Source: an uncultured Desulfobacter sp.
GTDB lineage: Bacteria; Desulfobacterota; Desulfobacteria; Desulfobacterales; UBA2156
Assembly: GCA_964608375.1 (NCBI GenBank)
Contig: CAZSON010000004.1
Coordinates: 1 to 35,056, forward strand
Direction of reading: 5' to 3'
DNA: 35,056 nucleotides
The notes under the pieces were generated by a model that was given only the letters and a program-made list of their open reading frames with translations, ran no database searches and had not been told where the DNA came from. The first letter of the stretch is position 1. Every line of letters starts with the position of its first letter. Of this stretch, positions 1 to 9,176 are shown piece by piece. A program made the translations under genes and the position numbers.

Positions 1-210
1 TCAAAGTCGTTTTTGAAATCCCCTGAAGCAGATCATCGACACAAAAATAACCGCCATAAACTGGGATTTTCCGGTCACCGGATTGGTGACGCACCCGGTA
101 AAAAGACCTGTAGTAGCCATTGATGCAAAGTATAAAAACTCACGCTGTGTCAGACCGGCGGGATCAGTGCAATTGATCGATTGATTTTTCATTGACCCTC
201 CCTCACGCAA
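1..210 (-). CDS. Small lipoprotein-like ORF (69 aa), possibly the 5' remnant of a truncated or frameshifted M48-type lipoprotein peptidase gene
   Basis: In-frame TGA at 1-3. The N-terminus has a hydrophobic region and a lipobox LFTG|C followed by VTNPVTGKSQFM, which resembles the mature N-terminus of M48 lipoprotein peptidases. The last 17 aa look like no peptidase, and the ORF stops at the window edge. Confidence 0.3.
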   Translation of the reverse strand: MREGGSMKNQSINCTDPAGLTQREFLYFASMATTGLFTGCVTNPVTGKSQFMAVIFVSMICFRGFQKRL

Positions 211-221
211 CGGTCAAAATA

Positions 222-1982
222 TTAATCAATGCCCTGCCGGTTGAAAAGGGATTTTTTAATCAGAGCCTTATTGTAGGCAGCGATAATATCTCTTCGGGTC
301 AAGATTCCCAATAACTTTCGGTTATCATTGCCAGACACAACCGGGAGAATCGAAAAATCATGAACACTGATTTTTTCAAGCGCATCAAAAATGTTTTCAT
401 CGATCGATACGGTAATGAGCTGAGAGGTCGCGATGTCCTTGACCACCACCAGATCTCTGAGATCTTCATCAAAGACAGCATCATGATAGTCCAAAAAGGA
501 AAGCATGCCGGTCAGTTCATTTTGCCCATTTATCACCGGAAAGCTGCTATATTTGCTTTTGGATATTCTATCAGCCAGCTTACCCATGCCGATCCCCTCG
601 GAAAGGGTTTCAGGCTCAACATTCATCACCTCGCTGACGCCGATCGATTTGAGAATATTGACCTCCTTTCCCGCCTTGATGTCAATCCCTTTTCGAGTCA
701 GCTTGAGCGTGTAGATCGATCCTGCGGTCAACTGCCGAATGAGGGCAGAGCTGACGATGCAGGTCATCATCAAGGGCAGAATGATTTTATAATCCCCGGT
801 CATTTCAAAGAGCATTAAGATGGCGGTCAAAGGGCCGTAAGTTGTGGCACTGACCACTGCGCCCATCCCGACGATGCTGTAAGCACCTGCCGTCGCGGTG
901 AATCCCGGGAAGAGAGTGTGTACGATGAATCCAAAAAATCCACCGGCCATTGTCCCCATGAAGAGCGAGGGTGCAAAAATACCGCCTGACCCGCCGGAGC
1001 CGATGGTTATGGCGGTAGCGAGAATCTTGCACAAGATCAGAATCAGCATGAGCCACCAGGAAATCATTTGCATCAGCGAGAGATCGATGGAGCCGTATCC
1101 AACGCCCAAAACATGGGGGAAAAAAGCGCCGATGGCCCCCAGGAGGATTCCCCCCAAGGATGCCTTGAGATAATCGGGAAATTTCAGCGAATCGAACAGA
1201 TCCTCAAAGCGATAGAGAAGGTCGATAAATGCCATTGCAACGAGAGCGCAAAATCCGCCCAAGATCACGTATAGCGGAAATTCCCAGGCACTGATCAATT
1301 CATATGCCGGTACGATAAAGGCCGGCGTATCCCCAAGAAAATGGCGGGAAACCACGGTGGCAGCCACCGAACTGATGACAATCGGGCTGAAAGTGGCCAG
1401 GCCGAAATCGCCGAGAATAATTTCAAGCGCAAACATCGAGCCGGCGATCGGCGCATTAAACGTTGCCGCAATACCGGCAGCCGCGCCGCAACCGACAAGC
1501 GTTCTTCTCCGATCAGCAGAGATCTTCAGGATCTGGCCGATGGTCGACCCGATGCCTGATCCTATCTGAACGATCGGTCCCTCCCTCCCTACTGAACCGC
1601 CGGTTCCGATACAAACGGCCGATGCCAGCGATTTTATCACAAAAATTCGTTTTCTTATTAGCCCGCTTTTCAAAGCAACCGCTTCCATGACTTCGGGCAC
1701 ACCATGACCTTTGGCCTCCTTTGCCAGGAAATAGACCAACGGACCGACTACCAGGCCCCCCAGCGTCGGTAGCCATACCCACTGCGACCAGGGGAGCAGC
1801 GGGATGATTTCGATGAGATCGGCATCCGATCCATAGGAAATTTTCTGTACAAAATTGATCAGATAGCGAAATGCGACCGCCCCGAATCCACCGGATAGAC
1901 CCACAATAAGGGCCAGAACGGCCATCATCGTCTGTTCGTTGCTTTTCAAACGACCCAGAATTGACTGTTTGGTTCTTCCCAT
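222..1982 (-). CDS. ClC-family voltage-gated chloride channel / H+-Cl- antiporter with two C-terminal CBS domains
   Basis: 586-aa polytopic membrane protein. It carries ClC selectivity-filter motifs GHGVPEV (GSGIPE-like), GREGP and GGIFAPS (GxFxP). The C-terminal ~140 aa have the tandem CBS pattern. Confidence 0.9.
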   Translation of the reverse strand: MGRTKQSILGRLKSNEQTMMAVLALIVGLSGGFGAVAFRYLINFVQKISYGSDADLIEIIPLLPWSQWVWLPTLGGLVVGPLVYFLAKEAKGHGVPEVMEAVALKSGLIRKRIFVIKSLASAVCIGTGGSVGREGPIVQIGSGIGSTIGQILKISADRRRTLVGCGAAAGIAATFNAPIAGSMFALEIILGDFGLATFSPIVISSVAATVVSRHFLGDTPAFIVPAYELISAWEFPLYVILGGFCALVAMAFIDLLYRFEDLFDSLKFPDYLKASLGGILLGAIGAFFPHVLGVGYGSIDLSLMQMISWWLMLILILCKILATAITIGSGGSGGIFAPSLFMGTMAGGFFGFIVHTLFPGFTATAGAYSIVGMGAVVSATTYGPLTAILMLFEMTGDYKIILPLMMTCIVSSALIRQLTAGSIYTLKLTRKGIDIKAGKEVNILKSIGVSEVMNVEPETLSEGIGMGKLADRISKSKYSSFPVINGQNELTGMLSFLDYHDAVFDEDLRDLVVVKDIATSQLITVSIDENIFDALEKISVHDFSILPVVSGNDNRKLLGILTRRDIIAAYNKALIKKSLFNRQGID

Positions 1983-2152
1983 TTTTTGAATCTCTAACAG
2001 TAGAAAAGATTTTTCGCTGTAAGATTGACCGGTAATCTTTATATAAATACCAAAAAGAAGTCTTTATTTCAATTAGTAAAGAGAATTTTTTGTTTGCCAT
2101 CTTTTCTTTACCATCGTAGTATCGGCATCGTAATGATAAAGTTGTTAAAATC

Positions 2153-3133
2153 ATGACTATTTCCGCTACCGAAAAACTAAACCATTTTTATCGTCAATTT
2201 TCCCGTGACGATCAGGTACTGGTCTTGATCAATGCGGACCCGGACGCCATTGCAAGTGCCCTGGCCATTAAACGTTTGCTGTGGCGAAAGGTATCGGGTG
2301 TCACGTTGTCAAACATCAATCAGGTGAAACGACCTGATAATATTGCCATGATACGGCTTTTGGGGGTGGATCTGGTTCCTGTGGACGAAATTGATGAACT
2401 GCAATTCAACCGAACGGTTATGGTCGATTCTCAGCCGGACCATCATGAATCATTCACAAGATTCACGCCGGATGTCATCATCGATCATCATCCGGAAACC
2501 GATGATACAGCCCCGTTTACGGATATCCGTTCCAATTATGGCGCCACGGCCAGTATAATGACCGAATATTTGAGGGCTGCCAAGATAAAACCTTCAATCA
2601 AGCTGGCAACCGGCCTGTTTCATGCCATTAAAACCGATACCAGCAACTTTGAACGTCAGGCGCTCATCGAAGATATTCGCGCATTTCATTTTCTCTTTAG
2701 ACACACCAATGTCCAGCTTGCCCGAAAGATTGAGCAAGCGGAACTCAAAATAGATTTTTTACCATACTTTAAAATCGCCCTTCAGAACAGGCGTATTCGA
2801 AAAAATCGGGTGTTTGTTCATCTCAACCGGGTCATGAATCCGGACGTCTGCGTGCTGATAGCGGATTTTTTCATGAGAGTGCAGTCGGTGCACTGGAGCA
2901 TTGTTTCGGGGTTGAGCGGCAATAAATTAATCATTATTTTGAGAAATGACGGTCTGCGAAAGAGCGCCGGAAAGGTGGCGAAACAGAGTTTTGAAAAGTG
3001 GGGCGCCGCCGGCGGTCATAAAAGTATGGCACGTGCCGAAATACCTGTTTTAGAACTGAAAAAATCCATAGATCCAAAGGATGAAAGAGCGGTGGTGCGA
3101 TGGGTTATCAATCGGATTGAAAAAAAGAGTTAA
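2153..3133 (+). CDS. DHH/DHHA1-family phosphoesterase (NrnA-like paralogue)
   Basis: 326 aa. Motifs are NADPDAIASALA (DxD), IIDHHP (DHH) and a C-terminal AAGGHKSMA (the GGGH motif of DHHA1). Confidence 0.8.
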   Translation: MTISATEKLNHFYRQFSRDDQVLVLINADPDAIASALAIKRLLWRKVSGVTLSNINQVKRPDNIAMIRLLGVDLVPVDEIDELQFNRTVMVDSQPDHHESFTRFTPDVIIDHHPETDDTAPFTDIRSNYGATASIMTEYLRAAKIKPSIKLATGLFHAIKTDTSNFERQALIEDIRAFHFLFRHTNVQLARKIEQAELKIDFLPYFKIALQNRRIRKNRVFVHLNRVMNPDVCVLIADFFMRVQSVHWSIVSGLSGNKLIIILRNDGLRKSAGKVAKQSFEKWGAAGGHKSMARAEIPVLELKKSIDPKDERAVVRWVINRIEKKS

Positions 3134-3135
3134 AA

Positions 3136-3924
3136 TTGACGGTTCATCCTCCTGAAATATCGGTTACCATCCTGGGTTCCGGGACCTGTGTCCCTTCTTT
3201 GAGGCGAAGTTCCTGCTCGGTTTTAATGAATATCGGGGGCACAAAGCTGCTCTTTGATGCCGGGCCCGGTACCATGAGGCGGTTGCTGGAATCGGGCACA
3301 ACCATTTTTGATATTGCATTTATTTTTTTTAGCCATTTTCATCCGGATCACACCGGTGAATTGGTGCCGTTTTTGTTTGCAACAAAGTACCCAAACGAAA
3401 ATCAACGGAAAACCCCACTTCACATTCTGTCCGGGAAGGGATTTTCAACACTGCACAAAGGCTTGAAAAGCGTTTATGGAGAGTGGATAGAACCGGCCCC
3501 AGGTTTGTTAAAGATTACCGAACTGGACAATAAAGGACCGGACTCCCGTAAATTTGATAATTTTAAAGTCGATTCCCTCCCGATCGAACACAATAAAGAG
3601 AGCATCGCTTTTAGGATAACCGGGAACCGTGGGCGTTCTGTTGTTTATTCCGGAGATACCGATTTCAATGAGAATCTTGTGGCACTGGCAGCGGATGCAG
3701 ATCTTCTTATCTGTGAATCCGCATTTCCGGATCAGTTTAAGGTGAAAGGGCACCTGACGCCTTCCCTTGCCGGTGAAATTGCGTCAAGAGCGAATGTAGG
3801 AAAACTGATTTTAACACACTTTTACCCGGAGTGCGACAATGTAGATATTGAAAAAGAATGCAGAAAAACGTATCCGGGTCAATTGATTCTTGCAAATGAT
3901 CTATTGAAGATCGAATTGCATTGA
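3136..3924 (+). CDS. MBL-fold metallo-hydrolase (RNase Z/BN-like)
   Basis: 262 aa with a TTG start 3 nt after the upstream stop. LGSGTCVP N-terminus, HFHPDH (HxHxDH) zinc motif, and later D/H ligands (SGDTD, THF). Confidence 0.75.
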   Translation: MTVHPPEISVTILGSGTCVPSLRRSSCSVLMNIGGTKLLFDAGPGTMRRLLESGTTIFDIAFIFFSHFHPDHTGELVPFLFATKYPNENQRKTPLHILSGKGFSTLHKGLKSVYGEWIEPAPGLLKITELDNKGPDSRKFDNFKVDSLPIEHNKESIAFRITGNRGRSVVYSGDTDFNENLVALAADADLLICESAFPDQFKVKGHLTPSLAGEIASRANVGKLILTHFYPECDNVDIEKECRKTYPGQLILANDLLKIELH

Positions 3925-3928
3925 TTTT

Positions 3929-4594
3929 ATGAGATATTACCCGATTTATCTTAATATCGAAAATAAGAAATGCCTGGTCGCTGGCGGCGGAAGAGTAGGA
4001 ACACGCAAAGTCATGACTCTGCTCGACTGCGGCGCCATTGTCACCGTTGTCAGTCCGGAAGTTACAGACGAGCTTCTTAGCCTTGCCCGAAAAAAGCTCA
4101 TCGCATTGAAAAGACGATCTTACCGGACATCCGATCTTGAAGGTGTTGTTCTCGTCATCGGTGCAACAGATGATGCTCAGCTCAATGGCTTGGTCAGCAG
4201 AGATGCTGATCGTCTGAACAAGCTCTGCAATATAGTCGACCGGCCGGATGCCTGCAATTTTATAATTCCGTCGGTTATAAGACGGGGAGATCTGGTGGTG
4301 GCCATCTCCACTTCGGGGAAAAGCCCCGCTCTGGCCAAAAAATTGAGAAAAGAACTGGAAACCAATTTTGGAGAAGAATATAGCGATTTTCTTCGGCTGA
4401 TGGGCGTTATCCGGAAAAAGCTTTTAGCCAATGGTAACGAACCGGAATATTACAAACCTCTTTTTGAAAAATTGGTCAATAGTGAACTTGTGGAAATGAT
4501 AAAAAATAAAAACAGAGCAGGAGTTGACCTGTTGCTCAAGAGGAGTCTTGGGGAGGAATTTGACTCCGACAATTTAATCTCAAAAAATGTATGA
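3929..4594 (+). CDS. sirC: Precorrin-2 dehydrogenase / sirohydrochlorin ferrochelatase (SirC / CysG N-terminal domain type)
   Basis: 221 aa. N-terminal YPIYLNIENKKCLVAGGGRVGTRKV Rossmann motif is typical of siroheme synthase N-domains. Sits next to hemA. Confidence 0.8.
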   Translation: MRYYPIYLNIENKKCLVAGGGRVGTRKVMTLLDCGAIVTVVSPEVTDELLSLARKKLIALKRRSYRTSDLEGVVLVIGATDDAQLNGLVSRDADRLNKLCNIVDRPDACNFIIPSVIRRGDLVVAISTSGKSPALAKKLRKELETNFGEEYSDFLRLMGVIRKKLLANGNEPEYYKPLFEKLVNSELVEMIKNKNRAGVDLLLKRSLGEEFDSDNLISKNV

Positions 4595-4678
4595 AAAACG
4601 GTCTGTTTTGGCTTTTTGAAAAAATGGAAAAATAGTGCAAATTCAATTGAAAATGATCAAACTGGCAGGGTGCGATGA

Positions 4679-5500
4679 ATGCAAATTTTAATTAACACAG
4701 CGATTTTATTTTATATTCTGAGTGCCACCGGATATGTGTCATATCTTTTTTTTCAGAAAAAAAGTTTTCACACAATCGGATATTATCTGTTGCTGGCCGG
4801 GTTTGTATGTCATTTTGCGGCCCTTGGGTACGGGTTTGTCGAATCCGGACATCTACCGATCCGCGATCTTCGGGAAACTCTCATGCTGACGGCGTGGGCC
4901 GTAGCCGGCGTCTTTCTGACGTTCCAGTACAAGTTTAAATTGAGAGTATTAGGTATTTTTGCCGCCCCTCTTACGGTTTTGATCATGGTGGTCGCAACTC
5001 AACTGCCGGACGATCCGCTGCAGGCTAAAATACTCTTTAACAGTTTCTGGCTAGTGTTTCATGTATTGTCGGTTCTGATCGGAGACGCCTCATTCGCTTT
5101 GGCCTGTGGGGTGGGTATCTTGTATCTTGTTCAGGAGCACTCGATAAAAGCAAAAAATCGCGGCTTTTTTTTCAAACGCCTTCCTTCATTGGAACTACTC
5201 GATTCGACAGGATATACCTGCACTATTGTCGGCTTTGCCCTGCTCTCCATAGGACTGATCGGCGGTATTGTGTTTGCAAAATCGATATGGGGTCGCTTCT
5301 GGAACTGGGACCCGAAAGAAGTTTGGACCGGCATCACCTGGCTGGTTTACGCAGTATTGATCCAACAACGTCTCACGGCGGGATGGCGAGGCCGGAAAGC
5401 GGCGATCATGTCGATTATTGGATTTGCAATCCTTTTATTTACCTTTTTTGGTGTAAATTTCCTGTTACAGGGACATCATGGAGAATTTACCAAATTTTAG
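4679..5500 (+). CDS. Cytochrome c assembly protein family membrane protein (CcsA/HemX-like)
   Basis: 273 aa with about 8 TM segments. Tryptophan-rich WGRFWNWDPKEVW motif (the WWD heme-handling motif of CcsA/CcmC/HemX). Lies immediately upstream of hemA. Confidence 0.75.
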   Translation: MQILINTAILFYILSATGYVSYLFFQKKSFHTIGYYLLLAGFVCHFAALGYGFVESGHLPIRDLRETLMLTAWAVAGVFLTFQYKFKLRVLGIFAAPLTVLIMVVATQLPDDPLQAKILFNSFWLVFHVLSVLIGDASFALACGVGILYLVQEHSIKAKNRGFFFKRLPSLELLDSTGYTCTIVGFALLSIGLIGGIVFAKSIWGRFWNWDPKEVWTGITWLVYAVLIQQRLTAGWRGRKAAIMSIIGFAILLFTFFGVNFLLQGHHGEFTKF

Positions 5501-5514
5501 ATAGCGGTTTGAAA

Positions 5515-6816
5515 ATGCAGGGAGTTAAGGATAAAAAAAATTTCGTTTTACCCGAAATTATTTTAATCGGGTTAAATCACAAGACTGCATCGGTGGAGCT
5601 GCGGGAGTGTATCGCGTTCTCGGAAGCAGAAATCGCAACGACTCTTGAAGCACTGCATCGTCACCCGGTCATCCGAGAAGTGCTCCTTTTTTCAACCTGC
5701 AACCGTGTTGAAGTCCTATTGGTGTCGGATAACAGATCCGAAGCGGTTGAAACCGCCAAGCAATTGATATCGGAATATAAGACAGTAGCGATTGATTCGT
5801 TTGAGGAAGCGCTCTATATTCATTTCGCAGATGAAGCCATTAAACATATTTTCAGGGTTGTGTCGAGCCTCGATTCGATGATGGTCGGAGAAGCCCAAAT
5901 ACTGGGGCAGATCAAGAAGGCCTATCGCACTGCCAGCGAAAAAAAGACGTCCGGCGTCATACTGAACCGATTGCTGCATCGCGCTTTTTTTGTGGCAAAA
6001 CGGATTCGGACCGAAACTGGTATAGGAGATCATGCGGTATCGATTAGTTATGCAGCCATTGAACTGGGACGGAAAATATTCGGCACACTAGGTGAAAAGA
6101 AAGTGCTCTTGATCGGCGCCGGCGAAATGGCGGAACTGGCGATGGAACACCTTATTCGAAACAGCGTCGGGAAAATTTTTGTATCCAACCGGACATTCGA
6201 ACGGGGCGTTGAGCTTGCAAGAAGATTTAATGGGCAGGCCATCGGGTTTGAAGAGATCGAAAATTGCTTACAATACGTTGATATCATCATCAGTTCGACC
6301 GGTTCACCTGACTTTATCATTACACGGGATCAGGTTAAGAAGGTGATCAGAAAAAGGCGAAATAATCCGATTTTTTTCATTGATATTGCCGTTCCCAGGG
6401 ATATTGACCCGAAAATCAACCGGCTTACCAACAGCTATGTATACGACATCGATGACCTGAAAGGGGTCATCGACGAAAATATTGAGGATCGAAACAGAGA
6501 GGCGGTCAAAGGGGAAAGGATCGTAGACGAGAATGTCATCCAGTTTCGACAATGGTATAAAAATCTAGATGTTGTTCCAACGATTGTGGCGTTGAGGGAT
6601 AAACTGGATGACATCGCCATATTGGAAACAGAAAAAACATTGCAATCTCTAACCCACCTTGCAGATACTGACCGCGAGGCAATTCGTAGAATGACAAATG
6701 CGTTTATTAAAAAAATACTGCATGACCCGATACTCTTTTTAAAAAGCCAAACGGAGCACGACCCGAAGACAATATGTCTTGATGTTACCCGAAAACTATT
6801 CAAGCTGGATGAGTGA
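5515..6816 (+). CDS. hemA: Glutamyl-tRNA reductase
   Basis: I place the start at the ATG at 5515 (MQGVKDKKNFVLPEIILIGLNHKTASVELRE). FSTCNRVE active-site motif and LLIGAGEMAEL NADPH-binding motif. The longer ORF from 5287 overlaps the upstream gene and is not used. Confidence 0.9.
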   Translation: MQGVKDKKNFVLPEIILIGLNHKTASVELRECIAFSEAEIATTLEALHRHPVIREVLLFSTCNRVEVLLVSDNRSEAVETAKQLISEYKTVAIDSFEEALYIHFADEAIKHIFRVVSSLDSMMVGEAQILGQIKKAYRTASEKKTSGVILNRLLHRAFFVAKRIRTETGIGDHAVSISYAAIELGRKIFGTLGEKKVLLIGAGEMAELAMEHLIRNSVGKIFVSNRTFERGVELARRFNGQAIGFEEIENCLQYVDIIISSTGSPDFIITRDQVKKVIRKRRNNPIFFIDIAVPRDIDPKINRLTNSYVYDIDDLKGVIDENIEDRNREAVKGERIVDENVIQFRQWYKNLDVVPTIVALRDKLDDIAILETEKTLQSLTHLADTDREAIRRMTNAFIKKILHDPILFLKSQTEHDPKTICLDVTRKLFKLDE

Positions 6817-6890
6817 ATTAGAATAATAAGCATATTCCACGGGGGAACTCCTTAAAGCGTTCTGCAGTGGAAGGTTAATGGAGGTATAAT

Positions 6891-7829
6891 TTGGATAAAA
6901 TAGCTTTTCTGTTCCCCGGCCAAGGTTCACAAACAGTCGGTATGGGTTTTGATCTATACCAGGAATATGACGTTGTCAGAGAGCTGTTTGACATGGCCGA
7001 GGAAATCGCTCGCATCAATCTGTCAAAGCTTTGCTTTAAGGGGCCGATGGAAGAACTTACGCAAACTGTCAATCTTCAACCAGCGTTGACGGTTGTGAAT
7101 TTGTCCTGCCTTGCAGCCATTCAGAGAGGGGGGAGTAAACCTGACATTTCAGCCGGCCACAGCCTGGGTGAATTCAGCGCCCTCTTTGCATCGGAAGTGG
7201 TTTCAGCAGAGGATACCCTCAGGCTTGTCATCAAAAGAGGCGAACTGATGCACCGGGAATCAACAAAACACGCCGGGACGATGCACGCTGTTATCGGACT
7301 TTCCATCGATAAGATTCAGTCACTGGTTGAGGAGATCCGGTCAGACGGGTCGGTTTCCATAGCCAATCATAACACTGAAGCTCAAATTGTTATCAGCGGA
7401 GCCCATGATCCGGTTAAAAGGGTTTGCGCTCAAGCTGCTTTACAGGGCGCCAGAGTCGTACCCCTTAAGGTCAGTGGTGCATGGCACAGCGACCTGATGA
7501 AGGGTGCGGAAGATGAATTCAGAAATTTTATTTTTTCGCTTACTTTCAACGAGCCAAAAAGATCCCTTCTCCATAACGTTACAGCCGATTTTGCTTCAAA
7601 CCCGGAGGAGATAAAATCGACCATGGCCAGACATCTGTGTAATCCTGTCAAATGGTATGATTCAATGCACAGACTGATAGAGGAAAAAGTATACACTTTT
7701 GTTGAAGTTGGTCCAGGAAAAGTGCTGACCGGTTTATTTAAAAAAATTGTTCCAAAGGATTATCCTTACAGGATTTTTTATGTCAATGACATGAAAAGCC
7801 TTGAACAATTCATGCATGAGATGACCTGA
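6891..7829 (+). CDS. fabD: ACP S-malonyltransferase
   Basis: 312 aa. FPGQGSQ and GHSLGEFSA motifs. TTG start preceded by GGAGG 8 nt upstream. Confidence 0.92.
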   Translation: MDKIAFLFPGQGSQTVGMGFDLYQEYDVVRELFDMAEEIARINLSKLCFKGPMEELTQTVNLQPALTVVNLSCLAAIQRGGSKPDISAGHSLGEFSALFASEVVSAEDTLRLVIKRGELMHRESTKHAGTMHAVIGLSIDKIQSLVEEIRSDGSVSIANHNTEAQIVISGAHDPVKRVCAQAALQGARVVPLKVSGAWHSDLMKGAEDEFRNFIFSLTFNEPKRSLLHNVTADFASNPEEIKSTMARHLCNPVKWYDSMHRLIEEKVYTFVEVGPGKVLTGLFKKIVPKDYPYRIFYVNDMKSLEQFMHEMT

Positions 7830-7851
7830 CACGAAGGGGATAATTTTGTTC

Positions 7852-7880
7852 TTTACATTAAATCTAATTCGTGTTATATT
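7852..7880 (+). promoter_or_regulatory. Sigma70-like promoter upstream of the dksA-like gene
   Basis: TTTACA (7852-7857), a 17-nt spacer, then TATATT (7875-7880), about 48 nt before the ATG at 7928. Confidence 0.45.
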
Positions 7881-7927
7881 TAAATAGCTTTAGAGTATAC
7901 CGGTTAATATTTTGTTAAAGGATCGAT

Positions 7928-8290
7928 ATGAAAAAGAAAGATATCGAGTATTTTAAAGAACATTTGACCAATCGACTCGAAGAACTTTTGAGCCAGGTTG
8001 ATGACACAGTTTCGGGCATGACCGCGATGAAGGAAAATTTTCCCGACCCCACCGACCGCGCGGCCCTCGAATCCGACCGAAATTTTATGCTTCGGATCCG
8101 TGACAGGGAGGGCAAGCTGATCAAGAAAATAAAAAAGACGCTTAGCCGTATTGAAAACGGCACCTTCGGAATATGCGAGACTTGTGGGGAAGAAATTTCT
8201 AAAAAACGCCTCAAAGCCAGGCCGGTTACCACGCAATGCATCGAATGTAAGACCAAAGAGGAAGCTTTAGAAAAAGCCCTTGGATTATAA
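7928..8290 (+). CDS. dksA: TraR/DksA-family C4 zinc-finger protein
   Basis: 120 aa with a coiled-coil N-terminal part. C-terminal CETCGEEISKKRLKARPVTTQCIECK four-cysteine finger. Confidence 0.8.
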   Translation: MKKKDIEYFKEHLTNRLEELLSQVDDTVSGMTAMKENFPDPTDRAALESDRNFMLRIRDREGKLIKKIKKTLSRIENGTFGICETCGEEISKKRLKARPVTTQCIECKTKEEALEKALGL

Positions 8291-9176
8291 AAAAAATGTA
8301 AATATCGACCTTCATATTCACTCATCTGCTTCAGACGGAACGCTTTCATCTTCTGAAATTCTTATTCAGGCCCGGAAACAAAACCTCGGGGCCATTGCCA
8401 TAACCGATCACGATTCTATTGAAGGTTCTAGACAGGCTATTTCCGCCGGCATCCCTCCTTCCATAAAGTTTTTAACCGGGGTGGAAATCAGCGCAACGCC
8501 CCCGCCCGGTTTTTTTTGCTCGGGTAGTTTCCATATTTTAGGCTTCGGTATAAAGCTGAATGATTCGATCCTGAACCAGACACTTGAAATGCTCCAGAAA
8601 GCCAGGAGAAACCGAAACCCTCAAATTTTAGACCGCCTCAAGCGGCTCGGCATGATGCTTTCTTTAAAAGAGGTTGAGAATAAAGTGTGCAAAGGTCAGA
8701 TCGGGCGACCTCATATCGCCGACCTTATGGTAAAGAAGGGATTCGTAAAATCGAGCGATGATGCCTTCGACAGATATCTCGGAAAGGGTAAACCTGCCTA
8801 TGTCGATAAATTTCGCATCGATAGTGCACGCGTGATTGAAACCATCGCCAAGGCAGGTGGCATTTCAGTCCTTGCCCATCCCCTTCTTCTCAACATCGAA
8901 CAAGATGAGATCATGGAAGATCTGATTGTTACATTGAAAACGATGGGTTTAAAAGGATTGGAAGTTTACTACCCAGCTCATACGCCTGAACATATAGGTT
9001 ATTACGCTGCCCTCGCAAGGCGCCACGACCTTTTGATGACAGGCGGCACAGATTTCCACGGACTTTTAAAACCGGACATCCAGATGGGATCGGGTAGGGG
9101 AAATTTAAACATACCTTTTGAGCTGTATGAGAGGATAGTGGAACAGATACAAAATGAGACCGATCGATTTTTCTAA
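8280..9176 (+). CDS. PHP-domain phosphoesterase (TrpH/YciV, RNase AM-like)
   Basis: 298 aa. IDLHIHSSASDGT and ITDHDS PHP metal-binding motifs, and a late GGTDFHG. TTG start overlaps the dksA-like stop by 11 nt. Confidence 0.8.
   Translation: MDYKKNVNIDLHIHSSASDGTLSSSEILIQARKQNLGAIAITDHDSIEGSRQAISAGIPPSIKFLTGVEISATPPPGFFCSGSFHILGFGIKLNDSILNQTLEMLQKARRNRNPQILDRLKRLGMMLSLKEVENKVCKGQIGRPHIADLMVKKGFVKSSDDAFDRYLGKGKPAYVDKFRIDSARVIETIAKAGGISVLAHPLLLNIEQDEIMEDLIVTLKTMGLKGLEVYYPAHTPEHIGYYAALARRHDLLMTGGTDFHGLLKPDIQMGSGRGNLNIPFELYERIVEQIQNETDRFF

Noticed and set aside
1513-2154. 213-aa ORF on the - strand spanning the ClC 5' end and the upstream intergenic region
   Set aside because: It is an out-of-frame overlap with the ClC channel gene. 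The sequence is arginine/glycine-rich and nonsense-like, and the ClC frame carries all the family motifs.
5287-5514. N-terminal 76-codon extension of the hemA ORF
   Set aside because: It overlaps the 3' end of the CcsA-like gene in another frame. HemA homology starts at the ATG at 5515 (IILIGLNHKTA), so the extension is just an open frame.
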